A stretch of DNA of 64,000 nucleotides from Octopus sinensis (taxonomy: Eukaryota). Under the pieces are notes generated by a model that saw only the letters and a program-made list of their open reading frames with translations, was not told where the DNA came from and did not search any database. The translations under genes were made by a program, and so were the position numbers. The stretch lies in contig NC_042997.1 in the NCBI RefSeq assembly GCF_006345805.1, positions 211,606,001 through 211,670,000 on the forward strand, read 5' to 3'. Of this stretch, positions 28,240 through 40,760 are shown in pieces (position 1 is the first letter of the stretch; each line of letters opens with the position of its first letter).

Positions 28240-28627
28240 ATACTGGAATGGGTTTAAAACAACGTTTAGGAAACGAATATGAAAAAAAATGCGTGCAAAG
28301 CAACGGGAGGTAGGTAGAGGACTTCAGAAAATTCACAAAATCCAAGTTTTCCCCTCATAACCTTTAGGAAAATTAAAAAAATTTTTTTAATGAAATTTTA
28401 TATAAATACCTTTGAAACGGCATACGTTACGATTATAAAGTAATTTGTTGGGAGAGGACTTTCGGAAAATACCCCAGATCCGAATTTTTCACATTCCACT
28501 TTCTAGATATTCTAGCGTATGTTTATTTCTACCCACTTTCAATAATTTTTAGTGTTTTGGCTTCAATTTTGTTTCATTTTCAATTGTTTTTACCCTTTTT
28601 TTAACCCTTCATTCTTATTCTCATTCA

Positions 28628-29043
28628 CGGATCTTTTCGGTTTGAACGGCAATTTTTCTTGCGATGTCATATGAAATTGTCACCCATAATTATGACCCTA
28701 GTATCGATCTATTGAATTTCAATCTGTTTTAGGGTTAGGGTTAGGGGTGGGGGGAAGGGTATCTTTTTTCTTCACAAAGGTAAATAAACCCAATCTGTTT
28801 CTTAAACGAGGGGCATATTCATACGGCACAGAATGTTTTTTTACCTCAATAGATGTCATTGATTGGTTGAAATTGCAGAAATTGAAAATAAAAAACAACA
28901 TATATCTTACAAACAATAGAATTTTCTCAATAAAACCAAGAGAAAAAGATGTTTTATAAGCACATTCTACCAGTATAGGAAGTTTAAAATTTTTTAGCTA
29001 CCTAAAAATTATGTTAAAAACTGCCGTTCAAACCAAAAAGCTC
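28628..29043. mobile_element. Internally deleted derivative of the same foldback element (left tip plus right arm)
   Basis: Starts GGATCTTTTCGGTTTGAACGGCA, jumps to ATGAAATTGTCACCCATAATTATGACC, and ends CTGCCGTTCAAACCAAAAAG. Confidence 0.85.
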
Positions 29044-29315
29044 TGAAAAACTAGCCAAAACAATAAAAAATATTATAATAATTTCGTTTAGCTGTTGTTC
29101 CTAGCATGTCAGGTTTTCTAGTGGTCGTCTGATATTTTTGACATCTGCTATTTCAGTAGACGGTTAGACATGTTCTGTCAAAGTGCAGACTAGCACTAGA
29201 AACATATACATGGCGGCATAATTTTAATTTTAATTTTTAATTTAATTTTTTTTTGGCTCAAAAAGCAAAAGCAAGGCCATGTAGGGGGACATGGAGTTAT
29301 GTACAAGGAGGGTGT

Positions 29316-29860
29316 TCATACAAAGAGTTCAGGCCATTTCTGGGGAAGAGAGACTTTGAACCGAGCAGTCATCGGTATCTTCACTATCTTGTCCGGCAGC
29401 TTATTCCATGGATCCGCAACCCGGACGGAGAAAGCCCCTCTCCTTCGATTGAGATGAAATCGTCGCAGATAGAGCTTTTCGGAGTGACCCCGCAGCCGAC
29501 GTTCTGGAGCAGGAGTGAAGAACAGCTCTTTCGAGAGGTTACACTTTCCGCTTATGATGTTGTGAGCGAGAATTAGATCTCCACGGCGTCGTCGTTTTTC
29601 TAGAGAATAAAGGTCGAGCGTCTTCAGCCTTTCTTCATAAGACAAATTCTTGAGACCGAGAACCATGTGGGTAGCCAGCTTCTGGACTCTTTCGAGATGC
29701 TGTATGTCTTTGAGGAGATAAGGAGAAGAGGCTTGAATCCCGTACTCCAATATGGGTCTCACCAGCGTGACACAGACCGGTAGGAATATGGCTGCTGTGA
29801 GTATTCTGAATGACCGTTGAATCAAAAACAGAACTCCACGTGCTTTGTTGGCATAATCAA
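29316..29860 (-). mobile_element. CR1-clade LINE, 3' end of ORF2 (post-RT region)
   Basis: Translation contains LVRPILEYG, HLERVQKLAT, SYEERLKTLDLYSLEKRRRRGDLI, RGHSEKL and FSVRVADPWNKLP, the classic CR1 C-terminus. Confidence 0.92.
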
Positions 29861-29869
29861 GTCCTAGGC

Positions 29870-30430
29870 GTCATAAGCGCAGCACTCAAGGAGAAGATTG
29901 AGAAGTACAATAGGGGAGAGTACCCAAAAGTATAAAAGCGCAGGAAAGTATACTTCCACAAGGAGGGAAACGGTTACAAAACCAGGCCTACAAGTAAAGT
30001 ATACGAGATAGACGAAAGATGGAAAGGATACTGGGAGGTGGCCACGGACTTGGAAAGACAAGTAATATTTCCACTAATAAAAACGACAAAAAGACCAGAT
30101 TTAGTCCTATGGGACAGAGACCGGAGAATAGGAATTTTACTCGAACTGACAGTACCTTGGGAAGAGAACATCGGCAATGCAGAGAAACGAAAGGAGAAGA
30201 GGTACGAAAACCTAATCGAAGAATGCAGAGAACAGGGATGGAATGTTGAATATTATCACCTGGCAGTGGGGGCTAGGGGCTTCGTTGAAAGGAAAATGAC
30301 AATGCTTTTCAAAAGAAGATTTTTTTTTTCTAGCTCCGAGCTGCAAAAACTAATAAGGAGAGTACAGGAGGTGGTCGAAAAAGCCAGCTTCTATAATATG
30401 GCTGAAGCGGGAAGACCGAAAATGGCTTGA
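29870..30430 (+). mobile_element. Non-LTR retrotransposon 3' fragment with a restriction-like endonuclease domain (HERO-like)
   Basis: RPDLVLWD...ILLELTVPWEE...RKEKRYENL...GW...AVGARGF matches the PD-(D/E)xK RLE of R2-superfamily elements. Confidence 0.8.
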
Positions 30431-31769
30431 AAGTCATAACATGCCGGTGGGAAATAACATCACTAGATGAGACAAGCTGACACTGAATCAGCTTCACTGA
30501 CTGACAGGTGACGGTCATTTAGAAAATGCGCGGACTAAAACTACGCGCCTTCACTAGACAGTTAAGGTGAGACAGTGTCACGTGACAACTTGCTGGGGCT
30601 GCCTGCTGGAGCCTAGCAGCAGGTATTTAAAGGGAAAAATTGACAAGTCAGTCAGTCACCGACTGACACTCGCTGACGATACATCGAAGAGGCCAGGGAA
30701 CAGAAGAAAGAAGAAGAAAGAAGACATGCACCCAACACCAGAGCTGAAGACACCTCCGGAAGCGGGGCGGCCGCCACTTCAAAACAGTAGAGGAGTAGGG
30801 GCTGAAACCGGACGTGGTTCCTCCTGATGATGTCTTGAGCTAACTGGATCCTATAAAGGAGCTGTGGTGCATATTTTTTCTCTTGATATAGATATTCTTT
30901 CAGATATATATACTGTAACTGTTTTTCTGTGGTGAGATTTTCACACTAACAGCATGAGTTGAATCTGTATTTATCTTGTTGTGTACAAGTTGAATCTTTG
31001 TAGATAGAGACGATGTTGTGATGACGTTATGTCTGTCACCTGGTTTACAATAGCGTCTTCACATTATGTTTGGCTTGGCTGTCGTCTGCCTTTCGAACTG
31101 GAACATGGTTGAGTAAGCTCTGTGTGGTCTCCGACCAAGACCTTAAAAGGTCTTAAGCCGAAAGACAGTGAATCATCAAATAATCAGTCTATTTATGGAG
31201 TTAAGATGGCTCAAATGAAAGGTCCTATCCGAAAGCCGTGATCGGTCAGTTTACACACTGGCGCGAAGTAAGTAGAGAGACAGAACGCACTTAGATGCTA
31301 ACCAATCAAAATAGTGGACACAACAGGGTTAAACTAGCCAAAGATGTTTGTAATCTCAAACAAGATCATTCTTAATATTTCTCTCAAACAGTGAAGATAG
31401 CAATGAAGAAAACAATATTGCTAACACTCTCTTTATCAGTCACTTCCTTTATATGTTTTTTTTCTTTCCATTTTGTCTGTTGTAAATGTGGTGTTAGTAG
31501 TGTCATGGGCTGTGATGGAGCTATGTGGTGTTGGTGGAGGGGATTGCAGATGAAGTGGACGAAAGTAAGACTTGCAGGGGCCGGTGAGACAGGCAGAGGG
31601 CGTGCGTAGGCAGGAAGCGCATGGGGTCAGTTCGAGCAGAGAGACAAGACGTGTTTAATTCGTGAGAGTGACCGCTGATTCTGCCGAGGTCAACAGGTCA
31701 GGCCTTTTGTATTTTTCCCATTTGCTTCCTTTTCTGTTGTCCTTTTCCTCCATCACACTACAGTAAATG

Positions 31770-31947
31770 ATAATAATAAACTTTTATCACAAAGTTTTCA
31801 TACAAGTAAATTGTGTTAAAAGAGGGCAGAGGGGAAGTGTTTTTCTCGGAAAAACACTGATGTCATACAAAGTTGTTGTTAAACCAATCAACGGCTTAAA
31901 AACGATTAAATAAAGATTCAAGTTTCACTTTTGCTCAGAGTTGTGAC
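31770..31947 (+). promoter_or_regulatory. Inverted, diverged third copy of the putative PARP14-like promoter/first exon, truncated by a LINE
   Basis: Reverse complement of about 56291-56475. Retains TTCTCGGAA (31843-31851), TGATGTCA, CCAAT and AGTTTCACTTTT (31921-31932). Similarity stops just before the splice donor. Confidence 0.65.
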
Positions 31948-31949
31948 AG

Positions 31950-33170
31950 CTACACTTTCAGAGCATCCACCCCACTACTGACTTGGTCACCTAAGTAATG
32001 GAAGCTATCAACTACTTCTAGTTTTTCTCCCTGGAATGTTGCAGAAGTTGTTTTCTGGAGATTTTCAGTGTTTATTGCTCCTAAGCATCTGCCATATACA
32101 AAAACTATCTTCCCAGTTAGCCTTCCTTTGATATTGCTGCACCTCTTATGTATCCATAGCTTACACTGGGTACATCTTATAGAGTTTCTATATACACCTT
32201 TTCTACAGATCGAGCAGGGCCATCTACCTGAAGGCGTTTGTGATTTGTCTACCTTCCTACTGATTACGACTTTGGTTTTAGCTAGGTTGACTCTAAGGCC
32301 CTTCAATTCTAATTCCTTGTTTCCACACCTGAAACTTTTCCTCGATTTCTGATAGTGACTCAGCTATTAGAGCAAGGTCGTCAGCATAGAGGAGCTCCCA
32401 GGGACATCTTGTCTTGAATTCCTCTGTTATTGCCTGGAGGACTATGAAAAATAGGAGGGGATTAAGGACTGAACCTTGGTGGACCCCTACCTCTACCCGG
32501 AATTCTTCACTGTACTCGTTGCCAACCCTCACCTTACTGATAGCGTCCCCGTACATGGCTCGCACAGCTCTCACTAACCATTCATCTATCCCTAGTTTCC
32601 TCATTGACCACCAGATAAGGGATTGTGGGACCCTGTCAAAGGCTTTCTCTATGTCAACGAAAGCCAGGTACAGAGGTTTATCTTTGGCTAGGTATTTCTC
32701 CTGCAGCTGTCTTACCAGAAATATAGCATCAGTGGTACTTTTCCCTGCACGAACCCAAACTGCACCTCATCTAAACTAACTCTCTCCCTAATCAGTTGGG
32801 CTATGACCCTCTCCATAACCTTCATTACCTGATCCAACAGCTTGATACCTCTGTAATTATTTGTATCTAAGGCGTCACCTTTACCTTTGTAGCAGTTGAC
32901 TATTATGCTGCTACACCAGTCATTGGGTATGACTCCTTTGTGTATCACCTGGTTAACTAATTGGGTAACTAGGCTATAGCCAACATGCCAGATATTTTGA
33001 GCATCTCTGAAGTGATTCCTGATGGGCCAGTGGCTTTCCCTGTCTTCATACTCTTAATTGCTTTATCTACCAAGGTACTGTCAACTCAGATAGCTGGTCT
33101 CTCTGTTGGGTCAGCATTCGGTAAACTCTCTTTCTCCCATTCATTCTCTTTATTGAGCAACCTTTCTTAG
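31950..33170 (-). mobile_element. RTE-clade LINE reverse transcriptase fragment (frameshifted)
   Basis: YKGKGDALDTNNYRGIKLL, GVHQGSVLNPLLF, ELLYADDL, KGLRVNLAKTKV, then a Cys/His-rich insert (WPCSICRKGV...CKLWIHKRC). Confidence 0.92.
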
Positions 33171-33196
33171 TGGCATCTCCAAATCTCTCTCTTTGC

Positions 33197-33729
33197 ACAT
33201 TAGATTAATATAAGCAATGTCAACCACCACCACTGTCATCATCGTCATCAATTTTCCATAAAGGAATATGTTGAATACTTTGACAGGATCTGGTGAGCAG
33301 CATTGACCTCTAGGGTCAGCTTTGGCATGGTTTCTATTGCTCGGTGCCCTTCCTAATGCCAACCACTTTACAGAGTGGACTGGGGAAATTTTCCTGCCGT
33401 CATTACGAGTGAGGTTGCCAAGTAATGTCCGAGACAGAAAAAGAAAAAACTCCTACTAAATGGAGTGAGGAATCAAAAGGGTTATGTAGGGATTATTGTA
33501 GGTGTTGAAAGGCTAAAGTACGATCAAGGAGGTACAATAGAGAAAATATAGAGCACTGTTCTGTTTCCAGTTGCCACGCCATTCTGTGTCCACTCATTAA
33601 AACTTTTTAATCATCAACAATTTGGCTGTCACGGTTAAGCTTTTACAATGAAGAGGTCTCAACAGTGAAACATGTCTGAAGTTGTCTCTCTATTGCTAAA
33701 TTCATTCCTTCACCATATGCTGAAGGAAT
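33197..33729. repeat. Inverted duplicate of 46252-46779 (intron of the PARP14-like gene)
   Basis: About 530 bp of direct reverse-complement match. The ORF track also gives the same peptide LGRAPSNRNHAKADPRGQCCSPDPVKVFNIF on opposite strands at the two sites. Confidence 0.9.
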
Positions 33730-33789
33730 GAACTTGATATTCCTTCAGCATTTGGTGAAGGAGTGAATTTGAAATGACACAGCCAGGAA

Positions 33790-34705
33790 TTGAACGTGAT
33801 GGAAGTTCCCGGCTCACACCCACAAAATCGCCTGTTTTTCGTTTGTGATCGTGTAACAGGCATGCGTTTCTTGGTTGACACCAGCGCAGAAGTCCGCATC
33901 ATCCCTGTTTCCAACACTTCAGGAAAAAGAAAAGGGACACCAGTCTGTCTTCAGGCAGTTAACCACTCACCCATTCCAACCTACAGTGAACAGTCCCTAA
34001 CGTTGAACTTAGGACTATGCCGCACCTTTCAGTGGGTTTTTGTCATTGCTGAACTGCCGACCCCTATTTTAGGAGCCGATTTCCTGCATTATTTCAGTCT
34101 CCTGGTAGACATTAAAAACAGACAACTTGTCGACAGCACCACGCAGCTTACTGTGCGCGGTTTGGCCGCTCGTATGGCCACAGTCAGCCAAACTATATTG
34201 CCCACAACAACTCGTCACAGTTCTATCCTGAAAGAATATCCGGATGTTGCTCGACCAGTGTTCCACAACCAGTCGATCAAGCACAAAGTCACCCACCACA
34301 TCAAAACCAGCGGTCCACCTGTTGCTGCAAGGCTCAGAAGGATACCACGTGATCGTCTCAAGGCCGTCAAGTGGGAATTCCAGCACATGCTTGACCTTGG
34401 AATCATCCGCCCTTCCAGCAGCAACTGGTCCTCGCTGATACACTGAATCCCCAAAATATCATCGACCGATTGGCGGGTTTGCGGTGTACTGTACTGTAAG
34501 TGATGCATATCCAGTGCCCTATTTGCAGGATTTTTCTAGCTCGCTGCATGGAGCTTGCATCTTTTCCAAGATCGACCTTGTGCGAGCATACAACCAAATC
34601 CCAGTGGAACCTGTGGACATCCCGAAGACAGCAGTTACTACACGCTTCAGAATGTTTGAATTCCCGTGTATGCCTTTTGGTTTACGCAACGTGGCACAGA
34701 CATTC
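33790..34705 (+). mobile_element. Ty3/Gypsy pol fragment A (protease and RT N-terminal half), truncated by element B
   Basis: FLVDTSAEV, PILGADFL, GIIRPSSSNWSS, FSKIDLVRAYNQIP and MPFGLRNVAQTF; ends exactly at the LTR of element B. Confidence 0.9.
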
Positions 34706-37700
34706 TGTTACACATTCATATCTGTGTGTATATGTTGGCACACTTGTATGGTATACATCCCCACTTTTGGCACTATTTTGTTAGTGAACAAACTACACAT
34801 AACATGGTGGCAGCGGTAAATAATTAATCGGAAACTGTGCCTTTACAGCAAAACAGAAACGCAACGAACCAGGAATTTAACAAACAAAACATCGCTTTGT
34901 CTTCGGACAACACGAGGATCCAAAATGGCCACCCCCGTCGCCATACAGATGAATCTACATCCGATCATGAATTGGGACTCCGGTAATATTTTGGAAGCAT
35001 TTAAGAAATTCAAACAGAAAACTCAACTAGTTTCAAAAGTTTCCTGAAAGGCACAACTGATGATGAGAAGGTAAGCTATATCCTTTTATGGTCAGGCAAT
35101 AAAGGTATAGACCTATTCAATAGCTAGGATATGTCAGAATCGGATTGCAATAACCTAGATACACTTTTAGAGAAATTTGAAAGGCACCTAGAGCCCAGAT
35201 CGAACCATAGAATTCACAGATACGAATTCCAGGGCCTGAAACAAGACCCACAAGAAACGATTGACAATTTCCTGTCCAGACTAAAGAATGTTGCCGAAAA
35301 ATGCAAATTCAAAGATAAGGACGAAAGAATCGTTGATCAATTAATATGGGGGTGTGCTCATAAGGAAGTTCAGAAATCCCTCATAGGTAAGAACGCTCTC
35401 CAGTTGATAGAAGCAGTAGACACTGCAAGAGCATTCGAAGCCACTACCAAACAAATGGCCTCACTTACCTTACAAACAAGCGCACTAGGCAGCAGTGTAG
35501 ATATTGTATCTAGGCACAGGACGAAACGTACCTGCAAACAAAGAACATGCCAGTACTGTGGTACAGAACATGAGTTCGATAACCGGAAGAAATGTCCTGC
35601 ATTCGGTACACACTGCAAAGCATGTGGAAAACTTAACCACTGGGGAAAAATGTGTAGGGTAACAAAATCGCAGAAATACAAGCCCCAATTTTCAAAGAGG
35701 AGCGGAAACAGAAGAGATATACATGCCCAACAACAAGAACAAAACACCTCAGAGAAGGAATTCTTGGCAGTCGGCACAATAAATGTGCATGAGATGGGAA
35801 ATGGCGACCAGAGAAAAAATGAGGCATACACAACAATAAGAATACAAAAGAAGTCTGGCAAGAAACGAATAAACATTGACTTAAGGCTGAAGATTGACAC
35901 TGGAGCCCAGAGTGATATCTTGCCTGTCAACCTCTACAAAAAGATGTTCCCAGAACACATGACACAAGAGGATAAAGTCAAAGAAGGAATCCTCACACCA
36001 AGTGATGTAATCCTCACTGCGTACGGAGGTACCAGGATTCCACAACTGGGCAAAACAACTATCACAGGGACACACAAAGGAAAAACAATCAAGTGTTCTT
36101 TTTATGTCACAATTCTTGGACTAAATACCTGCAAAAAGCTAAATACTGTGTCAATCAATGCTGAAGTGAAAGCAGCTCCAAGCAGGATTGACAGAGATAT
36201 GCCTACCAAAGACCGACCACCAATCACAAACAAAGAAGAACTGATAAGCATGTACCCTGAATGCTTTGACGATACAGTCGGGTGCTTTGTGAAATGTCGA
36301 TATCATATAACAGTCGACCCCAATATCAAACCAATTGTTCACCCACCTCGCCGCGTCCCTCTAGAACTAAAAGAGAAGCTGGAGACAGAGTTGGACAGAA
36401 TGGAAAAAAAAGAAATATTCACCAAAGTGACACGACCAACAGACTGGGTGAATTCAATTGTAATCAAGGAAAAACCCAATGGTACCCTACGGATATGCCT
36501 CGACCCAAGGGACCTGAACAAGGCATTAAAAAGAGAGTACCATCCAATTCCAACCCTTGAAGAAATCACACCATCATTGGCTGGATCCAAATTATTCAGC
36601 AAACTGGATGCCAGTAAGGGGTACTGGAATATAAAGATAGACAAAGAGTCATCCATGCTCACTACCTTCAACACACCATTTGGCAGATATCGGTTCAACC
36701 GACTCCCATTTGGATTAAAGGTGAGCCAAGATGTTTTCCAGCGCCAAATAGATGAAACCTACCAAGGCTGCAAGGGAGCAATTGGAATAGCAGATGACAT
36801 CCAAGTGCATAGCAAGGATGAAACCACACATGACTTCAATTTACATGAAGCTATGGAGAAAACCCGACAAGCAGGCATCAAACTCAATGCAGACAAGTGT
36901 ATAATAAAAGCAAAGGAGTGCAAATTCTTTGGAATATATACTCTGCAGGGGGAGTTAAACCAGACCCCGCTAAAGTGGAAGCCATCAGAGACATTAAAGA
37001 TCCTAAAGACAGGAAGGAACTCAGGAGCTTCCTGGGACTCATCCACTACATGGGAGCCTTCATACCCAAGCTGGCCGATCACACTGCAAATCTCCGAGAA
37101 CTAAACAAAGATGACGTAGAGTTTGATTGGTGTGCTTTACACACAGGATTTCAAAACAATCAAAAATTCATCAGTAAGGAGACAACTCTGCAATACTAGA
37201 CAGACGCAAACCAGTAACACTCCAAGTCGATGCTTCTATGAGAGGAGTTTGGCGCAGCACTGATACAGGAAGGTAAACCCATTGCATATGCCTCGAAAGC
37301 TCTCTCCCCCACAGAGGCAAGGTACACAAATATTGAAAGGGAACTCCTGGCAGGTAGTATATGGATGCGAAAAGTTCCATACATACTGTATTGCAGACAT
37401 TTCAATATAGAAACAGACCATCGCCCGCACTAGAACAAATACATAGAAAAAACCTGACAAAAGCACCAGCCAGACTGCAAAGATTATGTTAAGGCTTCAA
37501 ACATACGACTGTGACATCAGGTACAAGCCAGGAAAAGACCTGATATTGGCAGATGCTCTTTCCAGACTATCCTCACATGATAAACAGGAGATGGAAGGGA
37601 CTAAGCATAAAGGTCCACCACATTGTAAATGTGACAACCACAAGTAGCGGAAATCAAAGAGGAGACCAGCAAGATGATGAAGAACTTAACTCCTTACTCA

Positions 37701-39207
37701 GATGGTGATTCAGGGGTGGCCAGAAAAGAGACATCAGGTGCAGCCCCTAATTTGTGAATATTGGGCCATCCATGATGATATATCAGTGGAGAATGGAATC
37801 CTGATGGCTGGATCCCGAATAATTATACCCAAGTCAATTCAAAAAGAGATTCTTGACAAGATCCACCAAGGGCATCTAGGGTTGGAGAAATGCAAGCTCC
37901 GAGCCAAGTCAGCAGTATATTGGGTAGGCATGTACAAAGACATAGAGAAGACAGTTTCTACATGCCACATCTGTCAAAAAGTACAGAAACTCACAACAAA
38001 AGGAGGAAATGATATCTAGTGACATCCAAGAAGGCACATGGCAAAACTATTGGAGTAGATCTGTTCACAGAGGGCTAAGAATGTATTTGATAATGGCTGC
38101 TACTATTCCAAATTTCCATTTGTGAGAAAAGTGAAAGATCTGACAGCCAAAACAATCACTACAGTGGCTCGAGGACTTCTAGCAGAGCAGACAGAATACC
38201 AGAGCAGATCATATGTGACAATGGAACCCAGTTCACATCGCAAGAATTCAAAAAGCTAGCCGATGAGTATGGGTTCAATATTACAACTCATCTCCCACAC
38301 TACCCCAAAGGTCATGGGTTTATAGAAAGACAGGTGCAGACAGTGAAGAGAACACTAGTCAAATGCAGAGAGACTAAGGAAGACCCACACCTGGCACTTC
38401 TGTCCCTATGAGCGACACCACTCAGAGCTGACATGAAATCCCCAACAGAATTGCTGAATGGCAGGAAGTATAAAAACTACCCTGCCAATTAAGATCCAAC
38501 CTCCTATTGACCAGGGAGACAAGGGCAAAGCTAGCTGCCACTCAAGAACAATCACAGAGGTATTACAACAAACATGCACAATATTTACCTGAGATGCTTG
38601 GAGGACATGTGCATACTCAAGATGCCCATAACTAAAACATGGATCCCAGCAAAGGGTGTCAGTAGAGCTGAAACTCCAAGATCGTATATAATAGAAACGG
38701 AATCTGGTAGGCAGCTGAGACGAAACAGGGCCCACATCCGCCCAACACCAAGAGCTGTCGAGGACAAGTGTACAACACCTGCTGCATCAGTGACAACACC
38801 ACAGAATCATCACCCCAAAGTTCACAAACCACCTATCAGCAGCCCAACAACACACCTCAGACACCGGTGCGAAGCACAAGATTCACCAGATGGAGAGAAA
38901 GAACATTCTGCCACCGGTTCGATACGTAAAGAAAAAAAAAGAATGAAAAGATAAGTAGCTAATTTGCTAGATTACAAAGCAGAGGCAGAATAATCTCACG
39001 GTTCTGCTGCAGGATTGCAACCTCAGGCTGACAATCCATTAGAGTAAGGGAGACTACTTATATTGTTTCACTGCCAAAAGACTCCTTTATTTTTTCAAGA
39101 AGGGATGTTAAATTCATATCTGTGGGTATACGTTGGCACACTTGTAAGAATACATCCCCACTTTGGCACTATTTTGTTAGTGAACAATAAAAACTGTGTG
39201 TAAAACA
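34706..39207 (+). mobile_element. Near full-length degenerate Ty3/Gypsy element B: 5' LTR 34706-34804, PBS 34805, gag-pro-RT ORF 35131-37104, frameshifted RNase H and integrase, PPT, 3' LTR 39106-39207
   Basis: Both LTRs run TG...CA and share CATATCTGTG...GTTGGCACACTTGTA...TACATCCCCACTTT. PBS is TGGTGGCAGCGG. Protein motifs: Cys/His knuckles (CQYCG, CKACGKLNHWGKMC), IDTGAQ, IGIADDI, HQGHLGLEKC...CHIC, and DNGTQF. AAGAAGGGA precedes the 3' LTR. Confidence 0.93.
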
Positions 39208-39241
39208 TATAATGTATCACTACGCCGAATGTTGACAAGTC

Positions 39242-39341
39242 NNNNNNNNNNNNNNNNNNNNNNNNNNNNNNNNNNNNNNNNNNNNNNNNNNNNNNNNNNN
39301 NNNNNNNNNNNNNNNNNNNNNNNNNNNNNNNNNNNNNNNNN
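39242..39341. other. Assembly gap (100 N)
   Basis: Run of N. Confidence 1.
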
Positions 39342-39599
39342 TGGCCTGGCCATTGTCTTGTACCTTGTTTGGCACATATTTATACCATTTATTGTCAGTT
39401 GTTATGTTGTAGTGTTGGCATATTGTCCAGTGGACATAACTATTTACTTGGCCATGTCCGTATATGTATATATTCAGATACTGGAAGCCGAATGTGTCTA
39501 TCCTAGCACCTCAATCATTCAGAGACAGAGTTAGCAAGCTAGTCCATCGGAGGTTGTTGGGTGTAATCGTCTACAGCTGATGGTGGAAATCTCTGATAT

Positions 39600-40760
39600 G
39601 GGCTATTTGAGAGGTGGCATTAATGTTTAGTAAAAGAATAGTGTTAGAGGTGCTTAGAAGAGGCATAGCGACTGATGACGTGCTGGTGGCAAGATTGGCT
39701 TTTGATCAATTCTTCAATGCCAAGCATGAAGGTTGTGTTCTCATAGCAAGGGTGCATGAACTAAGACACAAGGGAATGAAATCAGTTTGATGAGCCCAGG
39801 CGGCCACAAGGCCACAATTCAGTCTTTGACGACACAGGACAGGCACATGCTGCAAGAAACCAGGCGGGTGTGTTTGGAATTTCAGTGGCACTTTACTGAA
39901 CTGTGTGAAGCATGCAGTGAGTCAGAGACAGGGGTGGATTTCACTTCCTCCCTTCATAGTAAGTCACTCCTTTCGCCCAGGGATGAAGAGTTCTGCAAAA
40001 TGCCAATAACAGCTGAAGACACATGGGATGCGATGATAAGCTGCACAAGGGAAAAGTCTTTGGGAGTGGATGGTTTACCATTTGTCAGACTTCTTCTTGG
40101 CAGTTGTCTACCACAAATGGCAGCAGAACAAGAGAATTCTCAACGCTGTGAGCTATGTGGTACAGTGATACTGCTGAGAAAGAACCTGAACAAGGTGGCC
40201 CAAGTCGACAATTTTAGGATTCTAGCTCGACCGAAAGCAGATTATGAGATTTAAAAGCCAAAGTGTTAGGCATGAGGTTAGTGATGGTCATCGATATGAA
40301 TGGATTGCTGACATCCTGGTATGTGCTATGCCAAACAGACAACCTATTCATGACAACCTCCACCTCAAATGCTGCATCATAGAGAGGCTGGGTAAGGAAC
40401 CTGGCATGGGTGGGGCCTTTGACTTGAAAAGGAGATTGAGGGTGGAGCGGGAAGTGGCTGCTCCCCATTATTTATGTTGAAAGGGGAGTGAATGTGGCAA
40501 AGATGACCCATGTAAATCGACCAACTCTGAACATGGAATTGAAGAGAGAGGCACCTGCTAACATGCGCTTGGCTGTCAGGATGGATGACCAAGATGTGTG
40601 AGGTTCTTTGGCTGGCCCTGGGTGAAACTCCCCTCTGGGGAATTTGATTGATTTTTTGCTGTTATTTCTTGTTTTTTGAGTATCCATACATTTTTGTGCT
40701 AAGACCCACTTGTCCCTTATTTTGTATTGTCCATTTTTGTTTTGTGTTCAATCCTAGTGG
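39600..40760 (+). mobile_element. Highly degraded L1/Tx1-like LINE ORF2 and 3' end; its 3' part is repeated at ~41730-42030
   Basis: EKSLGVDGLP and VILLRKN...DNFR remnants. 40480-40760 resembles 41730-42030 (AAGATGACCCATGT...AAGACCCACT). Confidence 0.45.

Noticed and set aside
30740-30835. Hammerhead ribozyme (CTGAAGA/CTGATGA and GAAAC words)
   Set aside because: By hand I could not build stems I-III with a valid cleavage triplet in any permutation; an Infernal search would settle it.
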